Virus record (IMG/VR): IMGVR_UViG_3300025154_000049
Span: 64,001-128,000 of that record
Strand: one strand, 5' to 3'
Source: a virus
Length of the DNA: 64,000 nt
Shown piece after piece: positions 10,010 to 19,983 of the stretch. A program made the translations under genes and the position numbers. Under the pieces are notes generated by a model that saw nothing but the letters and a program-made list of their open reading frames with translations, did no database searches and had not been told where the DNA came from. Position 1 is the first letter of the stretch. Each line of letters begins with the position of its first letter.

Positions 10010-10372
10010 CTAATCTATCAGTTCTTTTAGTACGAGATATTTATTGATATCCTCTTCATTTATATGCAACAGCTCAGTGGAGAACCTGTATCTAGTATAC
10101 GTTTTTATCATTTCTTTACCCAATAGCTCATTGTCTAACATAAATACAATTATTTTATTAAAAATATCCTGAATATCATCGTTTCTGACCTTATAGTAAC
10201 TAATCTCTATGTTATTCCCCCAGCTAAATCTTAGGGATACTTCAAAATTATCTATATCTAACCTATGTAGTATTATATCATACTTTCTATCGAGAGCTTT
10301 TATGGAATATAACAATTTGCTTAATGTAGGATTTTCTATAACAGTTGAAATCTCTATCTCATTAGGGTACAT
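10010..10372 (-). CDS. hypothetical protein with MxEL-type tag
   Basis: ends VLKELID. Confidence 0.75.
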   Translation of the reverse strand: MYPNEIEISTVIENPTLSKLLYSIKALDRKYDIILHRLDIDNFEVSLRFSWGNNIEISYYKVRNDDIQDIFNKIIVFMLDNELLGKEMIKTYTRYRFSTELLHINEEDINKYLVLKELID

Positions 10373-10374
10373 AA

Positions 10375-10959
10375 TTAATTGCCTGTGAGTTCTAGTAACA
10401 TACCTAATCTACATTTTAAATCCTCTGATAAATTTGAATTTTCTAAGATATTCTTTAATTGATAATTTTCTATTTGGTCATATCCTTCATTATCTAAAAT
10501 ATATTGAACTAACTCAGTAGGACACTGACCTATAAAAAATGTAAAAAAATTACTAAACGAGAAATCCATCAATCTAACATCAAACTTTGCTTTATTAAAC
10601 GCAAATCTATTTATTATTATATGAAGGATATCCTTTTCTGTTATATTGGTTCTTTTTAATTTTCCATGAAAAACTGTCCTAGTTATGAAACATTGAAATT
10701 CTTTATAATTCACTTTTTCTTTTGGAATATGTATTGTATGATTAGGTAACTCTATGTAATAATACCCAAGAGCTATTATCTCCGTAGCTTTGTTTGGTAT
10801 TATTAACTCAGAAGGGTCATTGTTATAATACTTTATCTCTTCTATCTGCATGGAAGATTCTAATATTCTTATATTTTTAGTATTACCTTTTATAGCATTA
10901 TTTCCATAATCCCTTGGTTTAATATTATACTTTTCCATAAAAGAAGCTAGGTTACTCAT
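10375..10959 (-). CDS. hypothetical protein with MxEL-type tag
   Basis: ends MLLELTGN. Confidence 0.75.
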   Translation of the reverse strand: MSNLASFMEKYNIKPRDYGNNAIKGNTKNIRILESSMQIEEIKYYNNDPSELIIPNKATEIIALGYYYIELPNHTIHIPKEKVNYKEFQCFITRTVFHGKLKRTNITEKDILHIIINRFAFNKAKFDVRLMDFSFSNFFTFFIGQCPTELVQYILDNEGYDQIENYQLKNILENSNLSEDLKCRLGMLLELTGN

Positions 10960-10963
10960 ATTA

Positions 10964-11248
10964 TTAATTTTTCATATCCTCAAGAATACTTATAAATTTA
11001 TCTATTTCTTTCTTTTCTATAAGACCACATTCATAGTCTCCAACATCCTTATTAAAAGCATATCTAACACCTAGCCATAGTCTTTTAAAGAAGTTATGCT
11101 GTTTTGGATTAAGTCTGACATCTGCATAAACAGTATCATCTCCCTCTACGGTATAGAAACGCAGTACATGGTGAGCACAACAACATTCACATTCAACATA
11201 TCCGACTTTAAAGGTACAATTATTAGCACCTTCGTATTTATTAATCAT
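10964..11248 (-). CDS. hypothetical protein
   Basis: Cys/His-rich, FFKRLWLGVRY motif. Confidence 0.7.
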   Translation of the reverse strand: MINKYEGANNCTFKVGYVECECCCAHHVLRFYTVEGDDTVYADVRLNPKQHNFFKRLWLGVRYAFNKDVGDYECGLIEKKEIDKFISILEDMKN

Positions 11249-11250
11249 AT

Positions 11251-11577
11251 TTATTTCTCCTCTTCCTCTTTGTTTCCCTTTTGTTCATCTAAAAGTTTAA
11301 AATAGTCTTCTTTAGTGGGAGCTAACATAGCTATACTTCCATTAGTTATTATATAAACTAGGTAATAATTAAAATTTCTTACTATGTCGTTGAATATTCC
11401 CTTATTATATCTATAAAAGACACTAACACATAAAATAGAAAGAACTCCATTAAGTACTAGGTTAGTTCCTCCCAGAATACCCATTAAATGGTATAATAGA
11501 GATATAGGAAAAATATATAAAACTGCTATATTTAGTAAAGTTACCACTAAGGATATTGCTACAAATCTGGGATTCAT
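11251..11577 (-). CDS. membrane protein
   Basis: two hydrophobic segments. Confidence 0.7.
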   Translation of the reverse strand: MNPRFVAISLVVTLLNIAVLYIFPISLLYHLMGILGGTNLVLNGVLSILCVSVFYRYNKGIFNDIVRNFNYYLVYIITNGSIAMLAPTKEDYFKLLDEQKGNKEEEEK

Positions 11578-11652
11578 TAAAGTTCTCCGATAATCTCTTT
11601 TAACGTATTATACCACTTAAAATAATATTTTTCAACAATATGTTAAGTTTAT

Positions 11653-12168
11653 TTAACTCCAGATTTGAGTTAAATATTTTTCTAAAGATTTAAAAAATCC
11701 CTTATAGTTTTTTTCTTCAAACTTAATCATTCCTTTTATATACTCTTTTTGTTCTGGGGTAGATTCTTTCATTCTCAAATGACCTTCCTCTGTTCTCTCG
11801 AACCAGTCATCTACCTCTCCTCTACTAGGCATATCTCCTATGTATTTCTCAGAATTTAGAAACCTGTCCATACGACCACGAATTACATCTATTTTCTTAA
11901 CTGTCCAAGGAGCATCATAATGGATATCATCTTCAGCTATTACTTTTCTTAATCTCCCTAATTTAAAATCTATAATTTTTAAGAGATACCAAAAATCCCA
12001 ATCCTCGTCATTATATAAAACAGGAATCCATTTAATTAATCTTTCCAAAAATCTAAATTGTTTATTTATAGCATAAACAAAATCATTGTGGAATACAAAA
12101 TCGTCCACTTTTGTAAAAATAGTTTCTTCTCTAGGTTCAAAACTTTTAATTGCTTTTGGGCTTAACAT
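11653..12168 (-). CDS. conserved phage hypothetical protein
   Basis: KWIPVLYNDEDWD..YLL motif. Confidence 0.75.
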   Translation of the reverse strand: MLSPKAIKSFEPREETIFTKVDDFVFHNDFVYAINKQFRFLERLIKWIPVLYNDEDWDFWYLLKIIDFKLGRLRKVIAEDDIHYDAPWTVKKIDVIRGRMDRFLNSEKYIGDMPSRGEVDDWFERTEEGHLRMKESTPEQKEYIKGMIKFEEKNYKGFFKSLEKYLTQIWS

Positions 12169-12185
12169 AATTTATTCTCCTAATA

Positions 12186-12404
12186 TTAATCTAATAATTC
12201 TCTCATAGATATTAAACTTTGTACATTATCACTAAATATTCTACCCTCTGTCTCAAATATTTTCTTTAGTTCTTTTAATGACGTATTATTTATAACAGAA
12301 TAATTAGTACTTGGAATTTCCTCCATAATTACTGTTTTATGTAAAGTTCCAGTTTCAGTTAATTTATAGATATCCAACTTATCTAGCATATAAATAGTTT
12401 TCAT
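12186..12404 (-). CDS. hypothetical protein with MxEL tag
   Basis: ends SMRELLD. Confidence 0.75.
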   Translation of the reverse strand: MKTIYMLDKLDIYKLTETGTLHKTVIMEEIPSTNYSVINNTSLKELKKIFETEGRIFSDNVQSLISMRELLD

Positions 12405-12967
12405 GTTAATTCTCTCATCATTTTAAGTTTAAATTGAGCTTGTGTTGGCAGATGGGATAATTTTAGATATTTAATATCCAATAAGTCTAAATTCTTTAAA
12501 ATGAATTCTTCAGACAGCTTTTGAAATTTAGAAAGCATCCTAGAAACTTCTTTAAAATTCTCGGGGCACTCCAATTTTATTAATTCTAATAAATGAATAC
12601 AGGAATATTCAGATAACTTTTGTATTTTTAGTAAGGGGATTACAGTACTTATATCTATTATGTTATCATTTTTTGAACGTATTAGGATATCTAAATGGCT
12701 ATCTAAAAATCTTTCTGTATAATTTAATTTAACATAAGTAATTTCGGTATAGTTATGAGGGTCTCCAAACACCTGTTTAACTAAAGCATTCAATAAAATA
12801 CCTTCTTCAAGTTCTAACTCTTTTTCTACTCTACCCATTTTTAGTTTTCTACAAGAATGACCGTGGGTAAGAGAAAACCACCTATATTTATTATCTTCTA
12901 TATCAGAAAAAATTTTAGTGTAGTCGTACCACTTAGATAGTTTTACTTCTTTAGTTATCTTTTTCAT
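12401..12967 (-). CDS. hypothetical protein with MxEL tag
   Basis: ends MMRELT. Confidence 0.75.
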   Translation of the reverse strand: MKKITKEVKLSKWYDYTKIFSDIEDNKYRWFSLTHGHSCRKLKMGRVEKELELEEGILLNALVKQVFGDPHNYTEITYVKLNYTERFLDSHLDILIRSKNDNIIDISTVIPLLKIQKLSEYSCIHLLELIKLECPENFKEVSRMLSKFQKLSEEFILKNLDLLDIKYLKLSHLPTQAQFKLKMMRELT

Positions 12968-13400
12968 CTTCTGACAGAACTATCTCCTCTACTAATTCTC
13001 CCTTATCATCGTAAAGAATAACTTTTATACTTCCTTTAAAGTCGTTCATTTCTTTCATAGCTTTTAAGAAATCTTTATCTTGCTCCCCCTCTTTTTTAAA
13101 TCCATCAAGTATTATATCAAAATCTTCCAAATCTTCTTTTTTTACTTCTGGGTCTATCTTATACAAGGATAGATAATTTTTAATCCTAGTAACAAATTCT
13201 TCTTTAAGTCTTACCATACCGTATAATGTGGTTATTTGCCCCCTCAGTTGTTCCGAGGGTTGGTAGGTTTCTTCATCTATACTATTTTCTTCCACACATT
13301 TTAAATGTTCTTTCATAGTATCTTTTCTTAAATCATTTATTTGTTCTACTAGAGTTTCTAATCTTGAAAGATACAGAAGTACTTTTTCTCCAGCTAACAT
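12951..13400 (-). CDS. hypothetical protein
   Basis: 149 aa, GGAGG RBS. Confidence 0.75.
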   Translation of the reverse strand: MLAGEKVLLYLSRLETLVEQINDLRKDTMKEHLKCVEENSIDEETYQPSEQLRGQITTLYGMVRLKEEFVTRIKNYLSLYKIDPEVKKEDLEDFDIILDGFKKEGEQDKDFLKAMKEMNDFKGSIKVILYDDKGELVEEIVLSEDEKDN

Positions 13401-13458
13401 AATTCCTCCATTTATATCACTCTCTTATTATAACAAATATTTATAATAATTTCAACTT

Positions 13459-14055
13459 TTAGTCTTCGGTAAGTTCTTGCATTAACTTTATTCTTATCTT
13501 AAAATCTTCTGGTATATTCTTGAAATCCCCACTCAGCATGTATTCTCTATTATGATGCTTAGGACATATAGAGTGAAACATTTTCCAAAAAAGGTCTTCA
13601 TATAAGTACATATATTTACAATGTCTTAGATAATTTTCTACTAATATACTATCATCTATATATTTTAACCAAAAGGATTCAGGTAAAGGAGGTATCTCGT
13701 CTTTAAATAAAAAATTTAATACTATCATATCTCTATCACAAGTATGTAAAGTATCTAATAACATCTCTAATGCAAAAACATCTCTATGTGCTTTATACAT
13801 AAAATAGAAATATACTATATTTTCTTTATCATGCCCCATATAAGCATTTATAACGGCTTGCTGGAAGACATATTCTGGTATCTTTTCCACTAATTGAGGA
13901 TGCAATGGTAAAACATCTCTGTAAATGCTAGGAGCTTGGTTGTTTTTTATTAAGTTTATTACTATATCTAGGCATACATCTTCTCGATAGTAATTCCTAT
14001 TTAAAAAGTCATTTAACTTTTGATAATCTACACATGTTATAAAATCAAAATTCAT
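13459..14055 (-). CDS. hypothetical protein with MxEL tag
   Basis: ends LMQELTED. Confidence 0.75.
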   Translation of the reverse strand: MNFDFITCVDYQKLNDFLNRNYYREDVCLDIVINLIKNNQAPSIYRDVLPLHPQLVEKIPEYVFQQAVINAYMGHDKENIVYFYFMYKAHRDVFALEMLLDTLHTCDRDMIVLNFLFKDEIPPLPESFWLKYIDDSILVENYLRHCKYMYLYEDLFWKMFHSICPKHHNREYMLSGDFKNIPEDFKIRIKLMQELTED

Positions 14056-14058
14056 ATA

Positions 14059-14352
14059 TTAATCACACAATTCCGATAGGGCAAGATACCTGTGTGTAAT
14101 CTCGTCCATATCTTCCGATTTATATATAACGTCTGTATTCTTTTCATAGTCTTCTAAGGCTTTAGAGAAATTAATGTATTTAAAATTCTGTCCCATATCT
14201 ACAAATCTACCACTATTAGAAATAAAACCATGACTGACACCATCTATGGGAGTCTTCAGACCTGCATGGATTACGCTAATCTCATTTATGTATTTTAGGG
14301 ATAACCCTTTGTTATCCCTAATTATATAATACATAGTCTTTTTACGTTTCAT
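14059..14352 (-). CDS. hypothetical protein with MxEL-type tag
   Basis: ends ALSELCD. Confidence 0.7.
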   Translation of the reverse strand: MKRKKTMYYIIRDNKGLSLKYINEISVIHAGLKTPIDGVSHGFISNSGRFVDMGQNFKYINFSKALEDYEKNTDVIYKSEDMDEITHRYLALSELCD

Positions 14353-15396
14353 CTATTCCTCGTTCTTTAGCAGGTATTTATTACTGATAGCTTTAAAACT
14401 TATTACTTGTCCGTTAATAAGATTTTTAGCTTTGAATACCAGACCTTCTCTTTCAGAGCCAGATATGACAGATTTACCTTCAGCCATCTTTAATAAATCG
14501 GCTACTGTTAAATTATCCAAATTAGTATAACCTAAGATAGGAACATGAGGTATTTCTATCCCATCAATAGTATTTAATTCTTTAAGAGTATTTAATCTCT
14601 CTTCAGGAGTCATATATCTTTTTTTGTCAATGTCAAAGATATCAAAGAGCTTGAAGTGATGTCCTTTGTATTTACCTCTATTCTTTTGTATACCTTCTCC
14701 TACTAATTCTCCCTGTAGGGATATATTTTTACCGTAAATTTCTAACTTTTCCAGTATTCTTAAACTTCTAACAGTATCCCAGAAAGTATTTCCCTGAGTC
14801 TCCTTCAACTCATAGTTCCTAGAACAAACACCTTGTTCTCCATCTTTTCTAAAGATAGTACAAGAACTACCATCTTCTTTTTCAGTTATTTCAAATTCCT
14901 CATACTTATATTTTTCTAAGTAGTCGGGTAAATTCTGAATTCTTTCTTGGTCTGTTTTTGATATCCCAGAAGGAAAATTACCTTTTATATTACCTGCTAA
15001 GTTAGCTGGAAGAGGAGGCTCGTATTTTAGTATACCTAAGTTCTCAGTAACATCATCTCCTACCTGTAAACCAGAAACAAATTCATGACTAAATAATTTA
15101 TGGGGGTCTAACACTAATCCTTGGCTGAGTTGACCACGCAATTTCACTGTTCTGAGACGTTCTCCCCTTACACCTTCATATTCTTTAGGTTCATATCCTT
15201 CTCTGGTAAGAAAGGGAGCTATTTCAGTAGGTATAAAAGAATCTATCTCAAAATAACAAACTTTGTCGGCTTCTTTAAATTCATTTTTCTTAGCTACGAC
15301 AATCCAACCACCTAAATGTAGAGCCTCGATAGCATCTGCTCCTTCTATAGGGGTTATTTTGTCTATCTGTCTTATAGTTGCTAATTTTCTTTCCAT
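14353..15396 (-). CDS. RNA ligase, DRB0094/Rnl2-like family
   Basis: RKLATIR...PIEGADAIE, LRGQLSQGL, KTDQERIQN, EKEDGSS, QGEL, REGLVFK, SFKAIS. Confidence 0.92.
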   Translation of the reverse strand: MERKLATIRQIDKITPIEGADAIEALHLGGWIVVAKKNEFKEADKVCYFEIDSFIPTEIAPFLTREGYEPKEYEGVRGERLRTVKLRGQLSQGLVLDPHKLFSHEFVSGLQVGDDVTENLGILKYEPPLPANLAGNIKGNFPSGISKTDQERIQNLPDYLEKYKYEEFEITEKEDGSSCTIFRKDGEQGVCSRNYELKETQGNTFWDTVRSLRILEKLEIYGKNISLQGELVGEGIQKNRGKYKGHHFKLFDIFDIDKKRYMTPEERLNTLKELNTIDGIEIPHVPILGYTNLDNLTVADLLKMAEGKSVISGSEREGLVFKAKNLINGQVISFKAISNKYLLKNEE

Positions 15397-15428
15397 GTTA
15401 ATATTTCTCCTTATTATATACTAATAAA

Positions 15429-15457
15429 ATTATACCAAAGAAATATCTAAAAGTCAA
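15429..15457 (-). promoter_or_regulatory. sigma70-type early promoter
   Basis: TTGACT-17-TATAAT with TG. Confidence 0.8.
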
Positions 15458-15478
15458 GCTATGTTAAGAAATGTGTAG

Positions 15479-15494
15479 CTTATATTATAAGTAG
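15479..15494 (+). promoter_or_regulatory. late-type promoter motif
   Basis: CTTATATTATAAGTAG before the only credible plus-strand gene. Confidence 0.5.
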
Positions 15495-15516
15495 AGGTAG
15501 ATACAGGAGATAGATT

Positions 15517-15828
15517 ATGTTCAACTTCATTAAAAAATTCTTTGAGAAAACTAACGAAGTACAAACTAAAATTGACGAAGTACAAATACTTGCACAAAAT
15601 AAAATAGATACTGCTGAAGACATTAAAAAATCTTTAGAAACCGAACTTGAGGAGACTAAAGAACAATTAATTACTTATAAAAATTTCTATTCCAATGTTA
15701 CCACAATGGTAAAAGATATCCCAATAGCTCTTACTAGCAATATAAAAGATGAAACTATGGCTAAACTTCAACATATTGTAAATTTTTATAATGCTCAATT
15801 AGCTAAAGTAAAAGCTCCACGGTCTTAG
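15517..15828 (+). CDS. coiled-coil hypothetical protein
   Basis: AGGAG RBS, lies in intergenic space; MFNFIKKFFE start. Confidence 0.75.
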   Translation: MFNFIKKFFEKTNEVQTKIDEVQILAQNKIDTAEDIKKSLETELEETKEQLITYKNFYSNVTTMVKDIPIALTSNIKDETMAKLQHIVNFYNAQLAKVKAPRS

Positions 15829-16114
15829 TACATTTAGTGCATACATAAACAGCTCTAAGTTTATAGGGAGGAGAGAATTCTTTACAACCATTACCTCCTC
15901 TTATAGAAGAGATGGTAGAAGATACCTTACAATAAGTTCTATGGTAGGCACATTTTTCAAATTGGAATTCCCTTTCCATTTCACCTCTTAGAGTTTCACG
16001 ATATTTTTTTATTAGGTGTTTACATACTCCACAATTGGAAGTAGGATACTCTTCTTTTTCGTATACTTTTTCATAATTATGATTACAGAATACTTTCCTT
16101 ATCCTATCTAACAT
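15803..16114 (-). CDS. Cys-rich hypothetical protein
   Basis: FCNHNY...CTKCTK. Confidence 0.7.
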   Translation of the reverse strand: MLDRIRKVFCNHNYEKVYEKEEYPTSNCGVCKHLIKKYRETLRGEMEREFQFEKCAYHRTYCKVSSTISSIRGGNGCKEFSPPYKLRAVYVCTKCTKTVELLL

Positions 16115-16752
16115 ACCAATCCCTCCAGAATCTTGGCTTCCTCCGAGATTCTTTCTTTATATTTGGATATAAAGTGCCCATGATAGTCTCTATTGTAGGT
16201 TTCGTAGTCGTCTCTTACTGAACTATTATAATATTTATCTCTATCTTTGAAGTACCCTTTAAGCTGTTCAAAGGATACGGGAGTATAATTCCACTTATCC
16301 ACTCCCACGTCAGTGGATAATCCATAATCGGGACAGGTATTGTGTACATGACCATAGAGATGCCAAGCACCGTGGAAAGAACGATTCCAGCTTCTATGTG
16401 GATAGTGGGAGAGGTAAATATATTGACCTTCTACCGTTATACTCTTACCTTTATACATACCTTGGATTAAACCGTCTATCTGCATCTTTTTATATACTTG
16501 TTCCGTATCGTGGTTTCCAAGAATTAAAAATTTCTGTCCGTTTAGCATGGGTAGGATGTGCCTATAATTCTGATGTCCCCATATCATGTCTCCCAGCATC
16601 CAAATAGTATCTTTTTTCGTAACAACAGAATTCCAGTTATTTATTAAAGCTTCGTCCATCTCCTCGACACATTTATAAGGTCTGTTGCAATACCCTATAA
16701 TATTTTTACTTCTTATGTGAGTATCTGCTATAAAAAATACATTAGGTTTCAA
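16108..16752 (-). CDS. calcineurin-like metallophosphoesterase
   Basis: ADTH, LGD, GNHD, SHYP, GHVH, DVGVD. Confidence 0.92.
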   Translation of the reverse strand: MKPNVFFIADTHIRSKNIIGYCNRPYKCVEEMDEALINNWNSVVTKKDTIWMLGDMIWGHQNYRHILPMLNGQKFLILGNHDTEQVYKKMQIDGLIQGMYKGKSITVEGQYIYLSHYPHRSWNRSFHGAWHLYGHVHNTCPDYGLSTDVGVDKWNYTPVSFEQLKGYFKDRDKYYNSSVRDDYETYNRDYHGHFISKYKERISEEAKILEGLVC

Positions 16753-17039
16753 GATATTAACTCCTCCATCATTATTTTTGTATTTATATAGTCTTTTGCT
16801 TCTTTAACAGTATTAAATTCATACCAAGTACTATTCTCGTCAGTATCCAAAGAATAGTTTATAGTAAACATAAACACAGAAAATGGTATTTTAATATAAT
16901 CCATCCGATTACTTTTATAGTATTCCTCATGGAATACTTGTTTATCGTATCTATAGAGTAGTTCTAATGGAGAATCGTCTTTAGATTCTCTTACGTATGT
17001 TTTATTAGGGTTTATATTTCCTACTTCAGCAAGTTTCAT
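16749..17039 (-). CDS. hypothetical protein with MxEL tag
   Basis: ends MMEELIS. Confidence 0.75.
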   Translation of the reverse strand: MKLAEVGNINPNKTYVRESKDDSPLELLYRYDKQVFHEEYYKSNRMDYIKIPFSVFMFTINYSLDTDENSTWYEFNTVKEAKDYINTKIMMEELIS

Positions 17040-17403
17040 CCGTTAATTCCACCATAGTTAGCACGGACAACATTTTATCTTCGTCTATCCCACCATGTCT
17101 TTCTAATAGAGTATTAATTATATTACAAGGAACGTACCCATATACGTCTTGAACAGGTTCATTTAATGTTTCTGCTAACCAGTTATCAAAAGGTTCTGGA
17201 AATCCTATCTCTAAATGGGAATACTCCACATTTTCATCTTTGGGGGTACAGTAGTGATGAGAACTACCTTGGATGCTAACAGTAAACCCATCTTTACAAA
17301 CTATAGCAGGTCTGGGTAGACTATATTCCAAAAGGGGAGAGCGTTTATATGATGATTTAAGGTATTCTTTTAAATTCATGCTAGATACCGTTTTCTTGTA
17401 CAT
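17026..17403 (-). CDS. conserved phage hypothetical protein with MxEL tag
   Basis: CKDGFTVSIQGS..HYCTP...VYGYVP...HGGI; ends TMVELTDETC. Confidence 0.8.
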   Translation of the reverse strand: MYKKTVSSMNLKEYLKSSYKRSPLLEYSLPRPAIVCKDGFTVSIQGSSHHYCTPKDENVEYSHLEIGFPEPFDNWLAETLNEPVQDVYGYVPCNIINTLLERHGGIDEDKMLSVLTMVELTDETC

Positions 17404-17566
17404 GTTTTAATAATCTTTTAACTTCTATAGCGGGAACAGTTATATTTTTTAATAACTCGTCATTAGTATTTAATAAGTCCTCTACCGATAAATTTATTAT
17501 ATCTTCTTTTACATAATATTGTGGCGATAACAATTTTTCTAATAATGAATTTTTTGTTTTTGACAT
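17381..17566 (-). CDS. hypothetical protein
   Basis: first gene after early promoter, AGGAG RBS. Confidence 0.65.
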   Translation of the reverse strand: MSKTKNSLLEKLLSPQYYVKEDIINLSVEDLLNTNDELLKNITVPAIEVKRLLKHVQENGI

Positions 17567-17587
17567 ATAATTTCTCCTTTTACATCC

Positions 17588-17623
17588 ATTATAATAAATA
17601 AAAGGGTTGTTGTCAACCCTTTT
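17588..17623 (-). promoter_or_regulatory. early promoter with -35 inside a terminator-like hairpin
   Basis: TTGACA-17-TATAAT; AAAAGGGTTG/CAACCCTTTT stem. Confidence 0.75.
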
Positions 17624-17635
17624 GTAAAGAAATAT

Positions 17636-17878
17636 TTATCTGTCTTTAGTTACTTTAATTTGTACGATATGGTTAGGAGCAATTACTGACCAATCTTGAA
17701 TCTGTACAGTTACCCAAGGATGACGAAGATAAGTATAACTGGGTTCCTCTACCACATCCTGTGTGAGTTCTCTCATAGTTTCTCTAACTAAATGTTTCTC
17801 ATAAGCTTCCATGTAGCATTTCTTAGGAGCTAATTGAAATTGTTTAGGTTGTTTAGTTTTTTCCCAACGTTTACTCAT
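17636..17878 (-). CDS. hypothetical protein, internal MxEL motif
   Basis: ETMRELTQD internal. Confidence 0.65.
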   Translation of the reverse strand: MSKRWEKTKQPKQFQLAPKKCYMEAYEKHLVRETMRELTQDVVEEPSYTYLRHPWVTVQIQDWSVIAPNHIVQIKVTKDR

Positions 17879-18465
17879 TATTTTAAATGCACTATAACTC
17901 TTCCAGAACCTTGAGTTGGACTTCCAGTAAAATATATTCTTATATCTGAATTATAAGAATATTCAAAACCGCTTGCTTTCTCATATAAGTTTGGCACTGT
18001 TAGTTCTGAATCTGTAGCATCCGTGAATAGGTCAGCAGTGAGGGAATCACCTACTGTTACGGTACCTTCATCAAAAGCACTTTCTACTTCTATTACTACT
18101 CTATCCACAAAATACCCGTCATAAGTATTTCCTATAGAGAGGTATCCCGAACCAAAATCGATATGGCTAAAATCTCCTACAATTTTACCTATTTCATCAT
18201 ATACTTCTTTTATTGCATTCTGTACGTTAGTGGATGTTAAGTTACCTGTAGGAGTGAAAGGTAAATCAGTAGCAGTAGCACTTCCAGACACATCTCCCGT
18301 AGTGCTTTTCAGTATACCAGCAAGAGTACCAATTTTTAAATTAGGAACTATAGTCTTTTTATCGATGGTTAATCCACTTGCATCTGAGGTAAGGGTAGTT
18401 TTGTTAGCTTTACCAATAGAAAATACTCCACTAAGGGTACCAATAATGTTTTCAATTAATCCCAC
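17878..18465 (-). CDS. putative virion structural protein
   Basis: N-terminus paralogous to 5208..5660 (NI.GTL...F.IGK); TNVQNAIKE fibre-like motif. Confidence 0.65.
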   Translation of the reverse strand: MGLIENIIGTLSGVFSIGKANKTTLTSDASGLTIDKKTIVPNLKIGTLAGILKSTTGDVSGSATATDLPFTPTGNLTSTNVQNAIKEVYDEIGKIVGDFSHIDFGSGYLSIGNTYDGYFVDRVVIEVESAFDEGTVTVGDSLTADLFTDATDSELTVPNLYEKASGFEYSYNSDIRIYFTGSPTQGSGRVIVHLK

Positions 18466-18531
18466 GACAAATTTCTCCTTTTATGAATACTATACGATAT
18501 CTTTTTAATTAATTATATCATGATAACAGGA

Positions 18532-19533
18532 TTATGTCAAGCTATTATAAATTTTATCTATCATATCTTCTATCTTAGTATCTCCAGAGAACTCAAAAGA
18601 TAATCTTTTCTTATCTCCAGTTTTACCTATTTTAATATCTACCTGAATATCAGAATATTCTTGATATTCTTTGTGTTCCTTCCCAGCATTATAATAAATA
18701 GTAATCATGCCACCAAAAAGTTTCCCTTTAAACCCAATTGTAGTTCTAAGAAACTTTTCTCCGTAAGGATAATTTCTAACTATTTTGAACTTATCCCTTA
18801 ATTTATTAGATAACATTCCTAACATTTTTTCTACTATGTTAGTTTCTAAATATTCATCTCTTTTTTGAGTTATCTTTCCAGTAGCTTTTTCTTGCCTTAG
18901 TTCAAAAGTTTCTATTATCTCAAAAGAATCCCTAGTCAAAAATATAGCTTGGTGAGGTTCGTCTGGGTGTATAATGGATTTACTTTTTTCTTCAGCATTG
19001 TCAACTAAAACTTTTATCCCCGCTTTTACCAACAACTGATTACTTATTTTGGGACTCAATACTTTTTTATTGGTTAAACCCACAGTTATCATCCTATAAA
19101 ATTGGTATCCAGCTCTTACTCCCCTATTAACTACATAGTTTTGATAGATGACATCCCATCTTTCTTCTGGAAACATTATACTTAGATAATGAATAAATTG
19201 GTCTTTACTCATATCTTGTAAGTATAGAGTTTGGTTAGGAACAATATTTTTAACAACCGCTAAATACCTTCTATTTGTTCCAAATCCTATGTCAGAAGGA
19301 TGATGCACAACATAGTCAGCGGGAAAAGCATATACTCCAGCAGGGTCTTCATGAGTTCCAGCGGGGTCGTAGACTATCCTTTTATCTAAAACATCCGATT
19401 TAAAATTAGAAAAATGAATATACAGATTATCTAAGTTCTGAGTTTTGTACTTCTCCACAAAATTAACGAACTGCTTTGGATAATAATCAGTATAGTGTAT
19501 TTCATTTATTAAATTAATTATTTTATTGAACAT
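18532..19533 (-). CDS. hypothetical protein with KKI-E leader, possibly ART-like
   Basis: starts MFNKIINLINE; YIHFS...PAGVYAFP. Confidence 0.7.
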   Translation of the reverse strand: MFNKIINLINEIHYTDYYPKQFVNFVEKYKTQNLDNLYIHFSNFKSDVLDKRIVYDPAGTHEDPAGVYAFPADYVVHHPSDIGFGTNRRYLAVVKNIVPNQTLYLQDMSKDQFIHYLSIMFPEERWDVIYQNYVVNRGVRAGYQFYRMITVGLTNKKVLSPKISNQLLVKAGIKVLVDNAEEKSKSIIHPDEPHQAIFLTRDSFEIIETFELRQEKATGKITQKRDEYLETNIVEKMLGMLSNKLRDKFKIVRNYPYGEKFLRTTIGFKGKLFGGMITIYYNAGKEHKEYQEYSDIQVDIKIGKTGDKKRLSFEFSGDTKIEDMIDKIYNSLT

Positions 19534-19945
19534 CTCTTCCTACTATTTTAATTTGATTAGCATCATAAACCACATAATTATCATCTAATTTTATCCCGTC
19601 AAATCCCATAGAACGAATTTCTTGTAATGAATACCTATCATATTCACTCCAACCTGCTAATTTATTAACCCTCAGATAACAATTTAATAAAATTTTACTA
19701 GAGTTAGCCCCAGACTCGCCTCTAAGGATAACATCTTTATCACTACTAAACCAATGAACCCCTTGAGCAGAAAACCTCCAATTAAAACGATTAAAATCCT
19801 TACTTGTCCCGTGGTATACCATCAGGGGATTTCCATGTTCGTCTATTATTTTAGAATCTCCGAACCATTTTTTAAAAGAACTTGTTTGAGCGATGTCTTT
19901 AACTTCCGTTATTTTGTTAGATAACTTTAATATTTTTCTAAACAT
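19523..19945 (-). CDS. ADP-ribosyltransferase-like protein (ART-PolyVal type) with KKI-E leader
   Basis: FKKWFGDSKIIDEHGNPLMVYHGT...WFS...GFDGI...YVVYDANQIK. Confidence 0.8.
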   Translation of the reverse strand: MFRKILKLSNKITEVKDIAQTSSFKKWFGDSKIIDEHGNPLMVYHGTSKDFNRFNWRFSAQGVHWFSSDKDVILRGESGANSSKILLNCYLRVNKLAGWSEYDRYSLQEIRSMGFDGIKLDDNYVVYDANQIKIVGRDVQ

Positions 19946-19967
19946 ACCTCAGCCCCAATAAACATCT

Positions 19968-19983
19968 TCGTTTATAATATAAA
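19968..19983 (-). promoter_or_regulatory. late-type promoter motif
   Basis: TTTATATTATAAACGA. Confidence 0.55.
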